DNA of 64,000 nt from Octopus sinensis (Eukaryota), in the NCBI RefSeq assembly GCF_006345805.1, contig NC_042998.1:55986001-56050000 (forward strand). The letters run 5' to 3'. The first letter of the stretch is position 1. Every line of letters begins with the position of its first letter. Under the pieces are notes generated by a model. That model made no database searches and was not told the DNA's origin. It saw nothing but the letters and a program-made list of their open reading frames with translations. Shown here one piece after another: positions 12,664-27,091 of this stretch. The translations under genes were made by a program, and so were the position numbers.

Positions 12664-12764
12664 TGCATATATGTATATATATGTGGTGTGTGTGTGTATA
12701 TGTACATATATATTATATATATGTAAAACATATTTGTATATATATTATATATTATCATCATAAT

Positions 12765-15310
12765 CATTGTTCAACGTCCGCTTTCCATGCTAGCATCGGT
12801 TGGACAATTTGACTGAGGACTGGCAATAAGATGGCTGCACCAGGCACCAATCTTCTTCTGGCAGAGTTTCTACAGCTGGATGCCCTTCCTAACACCAACC
12901 ACTCCGAGAGTGTAGTGGGTGCTTTTACGTGCCACCGGCACGAGAGCCAGTCAGGCAGTACTGGCAACAGCCACGCTCAAATGGTGTTTATTACGTGCAA
13001 CCTGCACAGGAGCCAGTCCAGCAGCACGGGCAACGACCTCGCTCAAATGTTTTTTCACGTGTCACTGGCACAAGTGCCAGTAAGGCAACGCTGGTAACGA
13101 TCATGCTTGAATGGTGCTTTTTACATGCCATTGGCATGGAAGCCAGTTAGCTGCTCTGGCAACGATCACACTCGAATGGTACTCTTAGCACTCCACTAGC
13201 ACGGATGCCAGTCATCGAATTTGATTTCGATTTCACTTGCCTCAACATGTCTTCGCAAGCAGAGTTTAATGTCCAATGAAGGAAAGGTATGCATAAATGG
13301 GCTGGTTACACCCCTGGCATCGGCCACGAGGTTATAGTCACATTTGGCTTGCCGGGTCTCCTCAAGCACAGTATATTTCCAAAAGACTCGAACACTAGTC
13401 ATTGCCTTAGTGAGTTCTAATGTTCGAAGGTCATGCTTCACCACTTCATCCCATGTCTTCCTGGCTCTACCTCTTCCACAGGTTCCCTCAATCGCTAAGG
13501 TGTTGCATTTTTTCACACAGCCTTCCTCATCCATTCTCGCCACGTGACCATATCAGCGCAGTCGTTTCTCTTGCACACCACATCTGATGCTTCTTAGGTC
13601 CAACTTTTCTCTCAAGGTACTTACACTGTCGAGTATGCACTCTGACATTACACATCCATCGGAGCATACTGGCTTCATTCCTTGTGAGCTTACACATGTT
13701 CTCAGCAGTCATGGCCCATGTTTCACTACCATGTAGCATGGCTGTTCGTACACATGCGTCATAGTCTACCTTTTACTCTAAGCGAGAGGCCCTTTGTCAC
13801 CAGCAGAGGTAAGAGCTCTCTTAACTTTGCCCAGGCTATTCTTATTCGAGCAGCTACACTTTCAATGCACCCTACCCCACTACTGACTTGGTCACCTAGG
13901 TAACAGAAGCTATCAACTACTTCTAGTTTTTCTCCCTGGAATGTGGCAGAAGTTGTTCTCTGCACATTTTAAGTGTCTGCCACATACAAAAACTATCTTC
14001 CCAGTTAGCCTTCCTTTGATATTGCTACACCTCTTATGTGTACATCTTATAGTGTTTCTACCTATGCCTTTTCTACGGATCGAGCAGGACCATCCACCTG
14101 AAGGGATTTGTGGTTTGCCTGCCTTTCTACCTATTAGGACTTTAGTTTTAGCTAGGTTGACTCTAAGGCCCTTCGATTCTAATCTTTGTTTCCACACCTG
14201 AAACTTCTCAAGTTCTGATAGTGACTCAGCAATTAGAGCAAGGTCATCAGCATAGAGGAGCTCCCAGGGGCATCCTGTCTTGAATTCCTCTGTTATTGCC
14301 TGGAGTACTATGATAAAGAGGAGGGGGCTAAGGACTGAACCTTGGTGGATCCGTACCTCTACCCGTCATTCTTCACAGTACTCATTGCCAATCCTCACCT
14401 TACTGACAGCATCCCTGTACATGGCTTGCACAGGTCTCACTAACCATTCATCTATCCCTAGTTTCCTCATTGACCACCAGATAAGGGATCAGGGGACCCT
14501 GTCAAAGGCTTTCTCCATGTCAACAAAAGCCATGTACAGAAGTTTATCTTTGGCTAGGTGTTTCTCCTGCAGCTGTCTTATCAGAAATATAGCATCAGTA
14601 GTGCTTTTCCCTGGCACGAACCCAAACTGCATCTCATCTAAACTAACTCTCTCCCTAATCAGTTGGGCTATGACCCTCTCCATGATCTTCATTACCTGAT
14701 CCAACAACTTGATACCTCTGTAATAATTTGTATCTAAAGCATCACCTTTACCTTTGTAACAGTTGACTATAATGCTGCTACACCAGTCATTGGATATGAC
14801 TCCTTCGTGTATCACCTGGTTAACTATACAGGTGACTAGGCTATAGCCGACACTGCCAGATATTTTGAGCATCTCTGCAGTGATTCTTGATGGGCCGGGG
14901 GCTTTCCTTGTCTTCATAATCTTAATTGCTTTATCTACCAAGGTACTTTCAACTTGGATAGCTGGTCCCTCTGTTGGGATCATTCAGCAGACTCTCTTTC
15001 TCCCATTCATTTTCTTTATTGAGCAACCTTTCATAGTGGCGTCTCCAAACCTCTCTCTTTGCAGCCTCATTTAGTGCAAGTGAACCATCATTCATGCAAA
15101 CACATTTCTCTCCTACAACATTACGATTCTCTTTCACACACTGTCTTGCAACATGAAATACCTCAAGTCTTTGGTACCCACGGTGCAGAACATTGGCAAA
15201 TTTTTTCTTATCTGCTTCCCCTCTGGCTAAATAAACCTACGTCCTAACTTCCCTTCTGGCAGTCTGATACAAATCCCTGCTACCACCGTTCTTCCCTCCC
15301 TTCCAAGCCC
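12765..15310 (-). mobile_element. RTE-clade LINE, 5'-truncated, decayed
   Basis: ORFs 14489..14983, 13913..14197, 13759..13965 and 13196..13543 translate to consecutive RTE RT and C-terminal segments, followed by the shared tail. Confidence 0.9.
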
Positions 15311-15474
15311 TGTCAACATATGTATATACATTATATATATAATAAATACACATATATATAATATATATACATATATATATATATATATATCACGTGTGAG
15401 TATATATCTTTATATATGTATATAATCTATATGTATTATATATATGTATATAGATGTTACATATTTGAATATAT

Positions 15475-15835
15475 AGGTGCAGGAGTGGTTGTGTGGTAAG
15501 TAGCTGGCTTACCAGTAACATGGTTCCAAGTGTCTTCTGCTATAGCCTTGGGCCAATGGGAGCGTTAAGAGTGCATTTGGTAGACGGAAACAGAAAGAAG
15601 CCTATTGCATGTGTGGGTATGTGTCTGTGTGTGAGTGTGTGTGTCTGTTTTTGTCACACTACCATCACTTCACAACCAATGCTGGTATGTTTATTTCCCC
15701 ATAACTTATTGGTTCAGCAAAAGAAAATGAGAGAATAAATATTATCCTTGCAAAGTATAAGTCCTAGGGTCAATTTCTACAACTATACGCAGTTGTCCAG
15801 CATGGCCTCAGTCAAATGACTGAAAAAATAAGAGT
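15475..15835 (+). mobile_element. tRNA-headed SINE, family 1
   Basis: GGTGCAGGAGTGGTTGTGTGGTAAGTAGC head and ...CAGTCAAATGACTGAAA tail. Other copies or fragments at about 2050-2210, 11425-11500, 25465-25760, 30121-30565, 31930-32140, 39140-39240, 40100-40320 and 62190-62550. Confidence 0.7.
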
Positions 15836-16509
15836 AAAAGTACCTATTATATCAGTATAATATATATATGTGTTTATGAATGACAAAGGAAGGGGTGATA
15901 TATAAATAAAGAAGGAAGGAAGGGGTGATGTCATATTTTTTCATAGCTCCCATGGTTACCAAGATAATCTACTATAATAATACTCTTGTGTTTATGAATG
16001 ACAAAGGAAGGGGTGATTGATGGATAAGGAAGGGGTGATGTCATACTTGGTAGTGGGATGATGAAAACTGTATGCTGAAAAATAAATCAACCTGTGTTTC
16101 AACTCTGTGTGAATATATGTCTGTGCATGTTAAAGGGGAGGTATGTGAATGTGTGTTTGTGTGTGTGCGCTTAGTATTTGTTCACTTAGTATTTGGGTTT
16201 ATTTTTTGATTTTGAAACTTGGTTGGTTTTATTTTTTTTTTTGGTCAATTATTTTTAGTGTTTTGACGGGAAAATGTCATTCTAAAATTGTATTTTAACA
16301 TAAACGTCTTGTAACATTTTCAGTTGTCTTGACTACTGAAAAGGTTGCAAGATGCAACGAAAATTTTAGGAAAATGAAATTTTACTGGTGAGTGTGTTAA
16401 ATTATAAGACGAAAAAGAAAATGTCTCTCCCCAGACCCAACAGTGTATAATTATATTATATATTTTACATATATATATATTTTATGTACATATATATTAT
16501 ATATATAAC

Positions 16510-17140
16510 TTGAGAGAAAAGTTGGACTTAAGAAGTATCAGATGTGGTATGCAAGAGAGACGACTGCGCTGGTATGGCCATGTGGTAAGAATGGATGGGG
16601 ATAGCTGGGTGAAAAAGTACCACACCCTAGCAGTTGAGGGAATTTGTGGAAGCAGTAGACCCAGGAAGACCTGGGATGAAGTGGTGAAGCATGACCTTCA
16701 AACTTTAGGCCTCACCGAGGCAATGACGAGTCACTGGGACCTTTGGAAATATGCTGTGCTTGCAAAGAAATGAGATTATAACCTCATGGCCAATGTCAGG
16801 GGTGTAACCAGCCCACTTATGTGTACCTTTCCTTCATTGGACACTAAACTCTGCTTGCAAAGACCTTTTGAGACAAGTGAAATCGAAATCGAAATCAAAT
16901 TCGATGACTGGCATCCATGCTAGTGGAGTGCTAAGAGCACCATCCTTACTGGCACTTGTGCTGGTGGCACATGAAAAAAACATTCAAGTGAGGTCGTTGC
17001 CAATGCCGCTGGACTGACTCCTGTGCAGGTGGCACATAAAAACACCATTTGAGCGTGGACGTTGCTAGTACTGCCTGATTGGCCCTCATGCCGGTTGCTC
17101 ATAAAAGCACCCACTACACTCAAAGAGTGGTTGGTGTTAG
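16510..17140 (+). mobile_element. RTE-clade LINE 3' end fragment
   Basis: ORF 16510..16773 (QERRLRWYGHVVRM...RPRKTWDEVVKHDL) followed by the 3' UTR. Confidence 0.85.
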
Positions 17141-17384
17141 GATATATTTATGGGGTGATTAACAACTAATTGTAGTCACAGACATTAGATACTGGTGATC
17201 ATTGTGGTTAGCAGCCAACTGGAACTTGACAGAGAGGTAATAGAGTATCCACCTGGATAATATAACCTGCCAAACTCACTTTAATATCTCTCTATCTATC
17301 TATCTATATACATACACATATATATGTATGCATATATAATGTATGTATATGTGTATACATATGTGTGAGTATATATATACATAT

Positions 17385-17429
<45 letters not shown>

Positions 17430-17509
17430 AACACACACATACACTCAAACACACACACACATATATACTATATATACATATGTATATGTATATATGTAAA
17501 TATCATCAT

Positions 17510-20500
17510 CATCATCATCATCATCGTTTAGCGTCCGTTTTCCATGCTAGCATGGGTTGGACAGTTCTACTGGGGTCTGTGAAGCCAGAAGGCTTCATCA
17601 GGCCCAGTCAAATCTGGCAGTGTTTCTACGGCTGGATGCCCTTCCTAACGCCAACCACTCCCTGAGTGTAGTGGGTGCTTTTTACGTGCCACCCGCACTG
17701 GTGCCAGACAGAGCTGGCAAACGGCCACGAACGGATGGTGCTTTTTATGTGCCACCGGCACGAGGGCCAGGCGAGGCTGGCAACGGACACGAAACGGGGC
17801 GGTGCTGGCAACGGTCGCGAAACGGAAAGTTCTCTTACATGCCACCGGCACTGGTAACACATCTGCAATTTCCATTGATCGATTTCCATTGATCGATTTC
17901 GATTCTGATCCTCACTTGCCTCAACGGGTCTTCACAAGCAGAGTTTCGACATGCCACCGGCACTGGTAGCACATCCGCAATTTCCATTGATCGATTTCGA
18001 TTCTGATCCTCACTTGCCTCAACACGTCTTCACAAGTAGAGTTTTGTGTCCCAAGAAGGGAAGGTATGCATACGTAGGCTGGCTCCATCCCATGTAGAAG
18101 GCCACGGGTTATGGACTCACTTGTCCTGCCGGGTCTTCTCACGCACAGCACACTTCCAGAGGTCTCGGTCTCTAGTCATTTCCTCAGTGAGACCTAAAGT
18201 TCGAAGGTCGTGCTTCACCACCTCGTCCCAGGTTTTCCTGGGTCTGCCTCTTCTACAGGTTCCCTCAACCGCTAGGGTGTGGCACTTTTTCACACAACTA
18301 TCTTCATCCATTCTCGCCACATGACCATACCAGCGCAAACGTCTCTCTTGCACACCACAACTGATGCTTCTTAGGTCCAGCTTTTCTCTCAAAGTACTTA
18401 CACTCTGCCGAGTGTGAGTACCGGCATTACACATCCATCGGAGCATACTGGCTTCATTTCTAGCGAGCTTACGCATATCCTCAGCAGTCACGGCCCATGT
18501 TTCACTGCCATGTAGAATGGCTGTTCGTACACACGCATCATACAGTCTGCCTTTCACTCTGTGCGAGAGGCCTTTTGTCACCAGCAGAGGTAAGAGCTCT
18601 CTGAACTTTGCCCAAGCTATTCTTACTCTAGCAGTTACACTTTCAGCACACCGCCCCGCTGCTGACTTGGTCACCTAGGTAACGGAAACTATCAACTATT
18701 CTAGTTTTTCTCCCTGGAAAGTGACGGAAGTTGGTCTCAGAGCATTTTCAGTGTTTATTGTTCCTGAGCATCTGCCACATACAAAAACCATCTTCCTAGT
18801 TAGCCTTCCTTTGACATTGCTGCATCTCTTATGTGTCCATAGCTTACACTTGGTGCATCCTATAGAGTTTCTACCTACACCTTTTCTACAGATCGAGCAG
18901 GGCCATCTACCTGAAGGTGCTTGTGATTTGTCTACCTTCCTACTGATTACGACTTTGGTTTTAGCTAGATTGACTCTGAGGCCCTTCGATTCTAATCCTT
19001 GTTTCCACACCTGAAACTTCTCCTCCAGTTCTGATAGCGACTCAGCAATTAGAGCAAGGTCATCAGCATAGAGGAGCTCCCAAGGGCATCCTGTCTTGAA
19101 TTCCTCCGTTATTGCCTGGAGGACTATGATAAATAGGAGGGGGCTGAGTACTGAGCCTTGGTGGACTCCTACCTCTACCCGGAATTCTTCACTGTACTCA
19201 TTTCCAACCCTCACCCTACTAGCGGCGTCCCTATACATGGCCCGCACAGCTCTCACTAACCATTCATCTATCCCTAGTTTCCTCATTGCCCACCAGATAA
19301 GGGATCGGGGGACCCTGTCGAAGGCTTTCTCCATGTCAACAAAAGCCAGGTACAGAGGCTTATCTTGGCTAGGTATTTTCCTGCAGCTGCCTTACCAGGA
19401 ATATAGCATCAGTAGTACTTTTCCCTGGCACAAACCCAAACTGCATCTCATCTAAACTACTCTCTCTCTAATTAATTAGTTGGGCTATGACCCCTCCGTA
19501 ACCTTCATCACCTGGTCCAACAGCTTGATACCTCTGTAGTTATTTGTATCTAGGGCATCACCTTTACCTTTGTAGCAGTTGACTATTATACTGCTACACC
19601 AGTCATTGGGTATGACCCCTTTGTGTATCACCTGATTAACTATACGGGTGACTAGGCTATAGCCGACACTACCAGACATTTTGAGCATCTCTGCAGTGAT
19701 TCCTGATGGGCCTGGGGCTTTCCCTGTCTTCATGCTTCTAATTGCCTTAGCTACCACAGAACTATCAACTCGGATAGCTGGTCCCTCTGTTGGGTCAACA
19801 TTCGGCAGACTCTCTTTATCCCATTCATTTTCTTCATTCAGCAACCTTTCATAGTGGCATCTCCAAACCTCTCTCTTTGCATCCTCATTTAGCGCAAGTG
19901 AACCATCTTCCATGCGAACACACTTCTCTCCTACCACATCACGATTCTCTCTCACACACTGTCTTGCAACACGAAACACTCCAGTCTTTGGTCCTCACGG
20001 CGCAGAACATTGGCAAATTTTTTCTTATCTGCTTCCCCTCTGGCTAAATATACCTGTCTCCTAGCTTCTCTTTTGGCAGTCTGATACAATTCCCTGCTAC
20101 CCCCATTTTTCCAGACCTTCCAAGCCTGTCTTTTCTCTAATTGCCCTGTCTACAATATTGTTCCAACACACGTTATTCTAGGTCGAGAGGGGACTTTGCA
20201 CCAGCCACAGATCTGGTCAGTGGCTCTCAGCAGGTTGTCCCTTAGAAACGTCCAGCTGTCTTCTACCCCCTGTGATGCTCTATCCCCTTCTACTTCGTCA
20301 GAGGCTTCAAGTAATATGTCCCTAAATCTCTGTCCATTTGCAGGATCTTTAAGCTTCCAGATCCTTCTTCTCCATATTTGTCGTCTTCTGGTTGTCCTCC
20401 TAGTCCTGATCCTAAAGTCACTAACTACCAGTCTATGTTGTGGGGTACATTCTTCACCTGGAAGGTTTTGGCATTTATAAGCAGCCATCTCTCCCTTTGC

Positions 20501-20916
20501 CTTGTAAGGATGTAGTCAATTTGGCTGGTATGTTGGCCCGATTGGTAAGTGACTAGGTGGCTGGTAGGTTTCCTGAAGTTAGTGTTGCAAATCATAAGAT
20601 TATTTGCATCGCAGAACTCCAGCAGCCTGGTTCCCTCCTCGTTGCGGAGCCATAGCCATAGCCTCCATGTACGCCATGGAAGCCCCCAGCATGTCGTCCA
20701 ACGTGACCATTGAAGTCACCAGTCACAAAGATAAGGTCTCTGTCGTTCGTCAACGAGGTAGTCTGCAGTAGAGTGTCATAGAATCGGTCTTTCTGTCCAT
20801 CGGGTAGCCCCGACTGAGGAGCATAGGGTGATATAATGGTTGCTAAACTATGATGAAGCACTAATCTAATCTTAAGTATTCTGTCACATACTCTGTTTAC
20901 CTCAATTACCTCAATC

Positions 20917-20917
<1 letters not shown>
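17510..20917 (-). mobile_element. Longest RTE-clade LINE copy: APE endonuclease fragment, RT and 3' UTR, with several frameshifts
   Basis: IISPYAPQSG...VTGDFNGHVG (20592..21008), HRLVVSDF (20150..20488), RT ORFs 19485..19979 and 18696..19334 (WELLYADDL), and C-terminus 18117..18674. Confidence 0.93.
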
Positions 20918-20964
<47 letters not shown>

Positions 20965-21765
20965 ATTATATATATAATAACTCCACTTGCTAAGACCTGT
21001 TGAGGCAAGTGAAATCAAAATCAAATCAAATTCACAAATTCGATGACTGGCACAGTTGCCAGTGGAGTGCTAAGAGCACCATCCGTGTGTGATTACTGCC
21101 AGAGCAGCTGAATGGCTTCCGTGCCAGTGGCATGTAAAAAGCACCATTCAAACATGATCGTTACCAGCATTGCTGTACTGGCACGTGGAAAACATTTGAG
21201 CAAGGTCATTACTAGTGCCGCTGGACTGGCTCCCGTGCAGGTGGCACATAAAAAACACCTCTTGAGTGTGGATATTGCCAATACCACCTAACTGGCTCTT
21301 GTGCAGGTGGCACCTAAAAGCACCCACTACACTCTCATAGTGGTTGGCGTTAGGAAGTGCATCCAGCTGTAGAAACTCTTCCAGATCAGATTGGAGCCTG
21401 GTGCAGCCATCTAGTTTGCCAGGCTTCAGACATATCGTCCAACCCATGCTAGCATGGAAAGCGGACATTATATAGTATATATATATATATATATATATAG
21501 ACTATTTGATTTCATTATTTTTCTTCTTTTGCCTATGTGAGTTACAAGTAATGTTATCTGTGGAGTAATATCTGTAGTAAAAAGGGATAAGCGGTCTTTG
21601 ACTGCTATTTCTAAATGTGGTTAAGCAACAAGTTGCTTAACCCTAATTATATTTATTAAAGATATATATATATATATAGGGAGAGTTTATGCAAAAACCA
21701 AAAACGAAGACAGGTGGTGTACAAAACAAACAGATGTATTAGTATAATGCTCAGGAATAGAAAAA

Positions 21766-21807
21766 GTCTTTTACGTTTCGAGCCTATGCTCTTCTGCAGA
21801 AAGGGAC
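21766..21807 (-). ncRNA. Minimal type I hammerhead motif, family C, with a probably inactivating core change
   Basis: GTCCCTTT-CTGCAGA-A-GAGC-ATAG-GCTC-GAAA-CG-T-A-AAAGAC. Stem I CTTT/AAAG, stem II GAGC/GCTC, stem III palindrome ACGT, triplet GUA. The conserved A6 reads C. It lies in a probable pLTR fragment at about 21680-21900. Confidence 0.7.
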
Positions 21808-22194
21808 ACAGAAAAAGCAAGGCGAGAAAAAAAAAGAGAGAAAAAAAACAAGGAGAGAAAAATAACGTGTGTAGTGGCTAACGATCTATCATGGCGACTA
21901 TATATATATTATATATTCTGGCATCCGAGCATGGCCATCTGCCAGCCTCGTCTGGCACCTGTGTCGGTGGCACATAAAAAACACCATCCGAGCGTGGCCG
22001 TCTGCCAGCCTCGTCTGGCACTTGTGTCGGTGTCACATAAAATCACCCACTACACTCTTGGAGTGGTTGGCGTTAGGAAGGGCATCCAGCTGTAGAAACA
22101 CTGCCAGATCTGACTGGCCTGGTGCAGCCTTCGGGCTTGCCAGACCCCAGTTGAACCGTCCAACCCATGCTAGCATGGAAAGCGGACGTTAAAC

Positions 22195-22225
<31 letters not shown>

Positions 22226-22779
22226 TACTGTAAATTTAGAGTGAATATTTGATAAGTGTAAGCACCTGTATATGCCAGATAGTGGCAGAGGTGAGAGAAT
22301 ATATCAAATATAAATTAAAAGCTTGAAACACATGTACCGTGATATCCTTTGTGTTCTGTTTTTAATTTATATTTGATATATATATATATAGATATAGATA
22401 TAGATAGATAGATAGATAGATAGATTTATATATATATATATATTATATTTACACACACATATATATCTACAATAGGGAGAGGGAGATTATATATATTATA
22501 TGTATATATATTATACATTATGTGTGAATATATTATGTATATATTAAATATATATATCAAATATATATACATATATTTTTATATATATTATACATTTTAT
22601 ATATTATATATTAGATATGTATGTTATATTTATATTCTGTCAAAATATCTTATTGATGTGTTTGGTTTCTTTCTTTCCCTGGTGAGAAGATTGCCTTCTT
22701 TTACATCATTTTATTTCTTCTGCATATCATTCAATTTATTCATATATATAGGAGCACTCCGTCAGTTACAACAACGAGA

Positions 22780-23075
22780 ATCTCAGCTGATATGATCGAC
22801 GGAACAGCCTGCTCATGAAATTAACGTACAAGTGACTGAGCAATCCACAGACACACGTACCCTTAGCGTACTTCTCAGGGAGATTCAGCGTGACACAAAG
22901 TGTGACAAGGCCGGCTCATTGAAATACATGTACAACTCATTTTTGCCAGCTAAGTGGACTGGAGCAACGTAAAATAAAGTGTCTTGCTCAAGGACACAAC
23001 ATGTTGCCGGGAATCAAACTCATGACCTTACAATCGTGAGCCAAATGCCCTAACCACAAAGCCACACGCCTTCAC
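22780..23075 (-). mobile_element. tRNA-headed SINE, family 2
   Basis: Reverse complement of the family seen on + at about 55545-55865 (GGCACATGGCTCAGTGGTT...GTTCTTGAGCAAGACACTTTA). Fragments also at about 33490-33650 and 61650-61910. Confidence 0.65.
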
Positions 23076-23112
23076 ATATAGTATATCGTATATAAATATA
23101 TATTATATATTA

Positions 23113-24354
23113 TATTGGCAACTAATTTCCTGTGGGTTTTTAAATTTAAATTTTTTTACAGGTTTAATGAAAAATAACTAATTCATCAATAATATATTCA
23201 CCCTTATTGTTTACAACTTCTTCCAAATGTTCAACCAGATTTTTAATACCTCGGTAGAAATCACCCTAATTTCAACTTGAAAAATTGATCCAACCAAGCT
23301 CTCAATTCTGCATCAGTATTGAACGAAACTCTGCGCATAGCATTTGAAAGAGATCGAAAGAGGTGGAAATTTGTTGGCGGAAAATCAGGAGAGTACGGCA
23401 GGTGTGGCAGCACTTCCCAGCCATGTGTTTGAATGGCTTCTTTGCTCATATTGGTGATATGCAGATGAGCATTGTCATACAGCAGAAGAACTCCGTGCTG
23501 ACGATTAGGTTTTTTCTCTTGAATAGCCGTATTGCGTTGTTCCATCTGTTGGACATAGAGTTCCACGTTGATCATTTGGTTCCATTTAAGCAATTCGTAA
23601 TGGATAATCCCTTCTCAGTCCCACCATATGCACATTTTACACAGATAAAGATCTTGTTTCACGTGTGGAGTCGCTTGTTTACTGGGGCTAAGCCATTCCT
23701 TATGCTACTTCATATTGATGTACAGGCACCATTTTTCATCACCACTAACGATTTGGTAAAGAAATCATTGCTTGTGTCCATGAGTTGAACAGTGACAAGC
23801 AAATAAACCAGCAGAGATCATGACTCGTTTATTTTTGTTATTGTCATTTAAAGCATGCAAAACCCATGCTCCATACTTCTGAACCTTTTCCATCAAGTGA
23901 AGATGCTTCTCTATAGCAGTGTGGGAGCATTCCATTTTCTCTGCCAGTTCCCTTGTTGTTTGATGAGCATTTTCATGCAAAAGTGGGTGTAATCGCCCTT
24001 CATCGAACTCAACTGGACGGCCAGAATAAGGTGCATCTTTGAGGTCAAAATTTCCATTTTTGAACTTGGCATAACAATCACGAGTTATGGCACCTTCTCC
24101 AACACAGCACAAATGTCGCAAGCAGCTTTTGCAGTCTTAGAACCTTCACTAAAAGCAAAAAGGTGTCGAAAATGCTCATTTTTCGTAACTTGACATTCCA
24201 TTTTAATGATATGAAAATAAACAAAAATTAACTAAAATTAGCTAGAAAAAAAAAAATAGATAGCAAAATGATTCAAAAATAGAATTCTTGTAAAAAATAG
24301 ATTCCAAAATTCAAAAACGCTATGAATTCCAAAATAGAATAAAACGGCGGGAAT
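23113..24354 (-). mobile_element. Mariner (Tc1/mariner) DNA transposon, near full length, decayed
   Basis: ORFs 23765..24121 (DLKDAPYSGRP, WVLHAL) and 23261..23593 (YDNAHLH, LPYSPDFPPTNFHLF). Partial inverted ends TTCCTGTGGGTTTT / AAAACGGCGGGAA. Confidence 0.9.
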
Positions 24355-25853
24355 ATATATCAATGTATATAAAACTGAGAATGCGTGTCTGTCTGTCAGT
24401 GTGAATCTCTAAAACTTGAGAACTACACGACCAATTTCATTCAAATTTTACACATGCCTTACTTAGGGTCCATGTAGTGTCATGGGCAAAAACAACTTTT
24501 AACTTCTTGCCTAGGGTGAGCCCACAGCAATATCATATCTTCTCTACTATTTCAGTATTACATGTTAAAAGTGAAACAAAAACAATTCTCTATTGTAATG
24601 TCAGATACTTTCAATTTAATACTGAAACTATTGAAGTCAAACTATTATATAACAGGGATGAACCATTAACAGTTTTCAATTCACTGGTTTTCAATTCATA
24701 TTAATCAAATTAATATTCAATTTTTCACCCTTATTATTTTATATTTAAATTTACATATATATATATATATATGTATATGTATATGTATACATATAGATGT
24801 ATAGATATAGATGTATATATAGATGTATACATATAGATGTTTATATATGGATGTATATATAAGGATGTGTATATATATATATATGGATGTGTATCATCAT
24901 CATCATCATCGTTTAACGTCCGTTCTCCATGCTAGCATGGGTTGGACGGTTCGACCGGGGATCTGGGAAGCCAGAAGGCTGCACCAGGCTCCAGTCTTAT
25001 CTGGCAATGTTTCTACAGCTTGATGCCCTTCCTAACGCCAACCACTCCGTGAGTGTAGTGGGTGCTTTTTACGTGCCACCTGCACAGGTGCCAGGTGAGG
25101 ATTGGTGTATTTTATGTGCCACTGGCACGGAAGCCAGTCGAGGCGGCGCTGGCATCGGCCACGAGTCGGATAGTGCTTTTTACGTACCACCAGACCAGGA
25201 ATCCTGGCTGGTTCAATTCGATTTCGATTTCGAATTGAACCAGCATGTGTATATATATATATATATATATGCATGTATATATATATGGATGTGTGTATAT
25301 ATATATACATATATATGTAAAGATGTATATGTATACATGTATAGCTTTATATGTATACATCTACATGTGTAGATGTATATATATATATATATATATATAT
25401 AGATGTACATGTTATATGTACACATATATGCATGCATATATACACACATACACACACATACATAGGTGCCGGTTTGGCTCTGTGGTAACAAACTTGGTCC
25501 CAAAACACATGGTCCTCAGTTCAGTCCCACTGTGTGGTAACTTGGCATGTGTCTTCTGCTATAGCCTCAGACCAACAAAAGCCTTGTCAGTGGATTTTGT
25601 AGACAGAAACTGAAAGAAATCAATTGCATATATATGTGTCTTTGTGTTTCTCTCTCATCACTGCTTCACAACTGGTGTTCGTTTATTTACATCCCCATAA
25701 CTTACTGGTTTCACAAGAAGAAACTGATAGAATAAGTACCTGGCATATCAAAGTAAAAAAAAAGCACTAGGCAGTGTCTCATATTTTTGTTTGCCCACTC
25801 AGTTGTATCTATCAATTTATCTTTGTGTGTGTGTGTGTATACATATGTATATA

Positions 25854-25894
<41 letters not shown>

Positions 25895-25968
25895 GATTTT
25901 GTAGACAGGAGCTGAAACAAATCAACTGTATATATATATATATGGACTCTCCAATTTATTGTGGGCGG

Positions 25969-26008
<40 letters not shown>

Positions 26009-26141
26009 TATATATATTATATATATGTGTGTATGAATATATATATATATATTATGTATATATATATATGAATATATATATATATGTATATATTATATAT
26101 GTATATATATATATGGATATAGATATGGATATAGATATGAA

Positions 26142-26188
<47 letters not shown>

Positions 26189-26323
26189 GTGTGTGTGTAT
26201 ATATATATGTATATATATATATATTTTTATATATGTATATGTATATATATATATGTATATATATATATGCATATATATGTATATATATATGTATATATTA
26301 TATATATGTGTGTATGAATATAT

Positions 26324-26372
<49 letters not shown>

Positions 26373-27091
26373 ATTTTGTAGACAGGAACTGAAACAAATC
26401 AATCGTATATGATGAGGTGGTCAAGCATGACCTTCATACATTGAGCCTCACAGAGGCTATGGAGATATGCTGTGACTTCAAAGACCTGACAAATTAAGTG
26501 AGTTCATGGCTCGCAGTATGGCCTGCTGTGCTGACCTTGGATTGCAGAGTGACCCGCTGTTCTCGAGGAGACCTACTGAGTCAAGTACGTTAACACCAAC
26601 ATCAAAATGCCAGTGACACGTAAATGCACCAACTGATCGTGGCCATTTGCCAGCCTGCTCTGGCCCCTGTGCCAGCGGCACGTAAAAACACCACTACACT
26701 CATCGAGTGGTTGGCATTAAAAGGGCATCCAGCAGTAGAAACACTGCCAGATCAGACTGGTGCAGCCTCCTGGCTTCCCAGTCCCCGGTCAAACCGTCCA
26801 GCCCATGCTAGCATGGAAAACGGATGTTAAACAATGATGATATGTAAGTGTATGTGTGTGTCTTTGTCTCTGTGTTTTGCCCTCATCACTGCTTTACAAC
26901 TGCTGTTCATTTATTTACATCCCCATAACTTACTGGTTTCACAAGAAGAAACTAATAGAATAAGTACCAGGCTTATCAACATAAAAAAAGCACTAGGCTG
27001 TTTCTCATATTTTTGTTTTCCCACTCAGTTGTATCTATCAATTTATCTTTGTATGTGTGTGTGTGTATATATCTATATCTATATTCATCTA

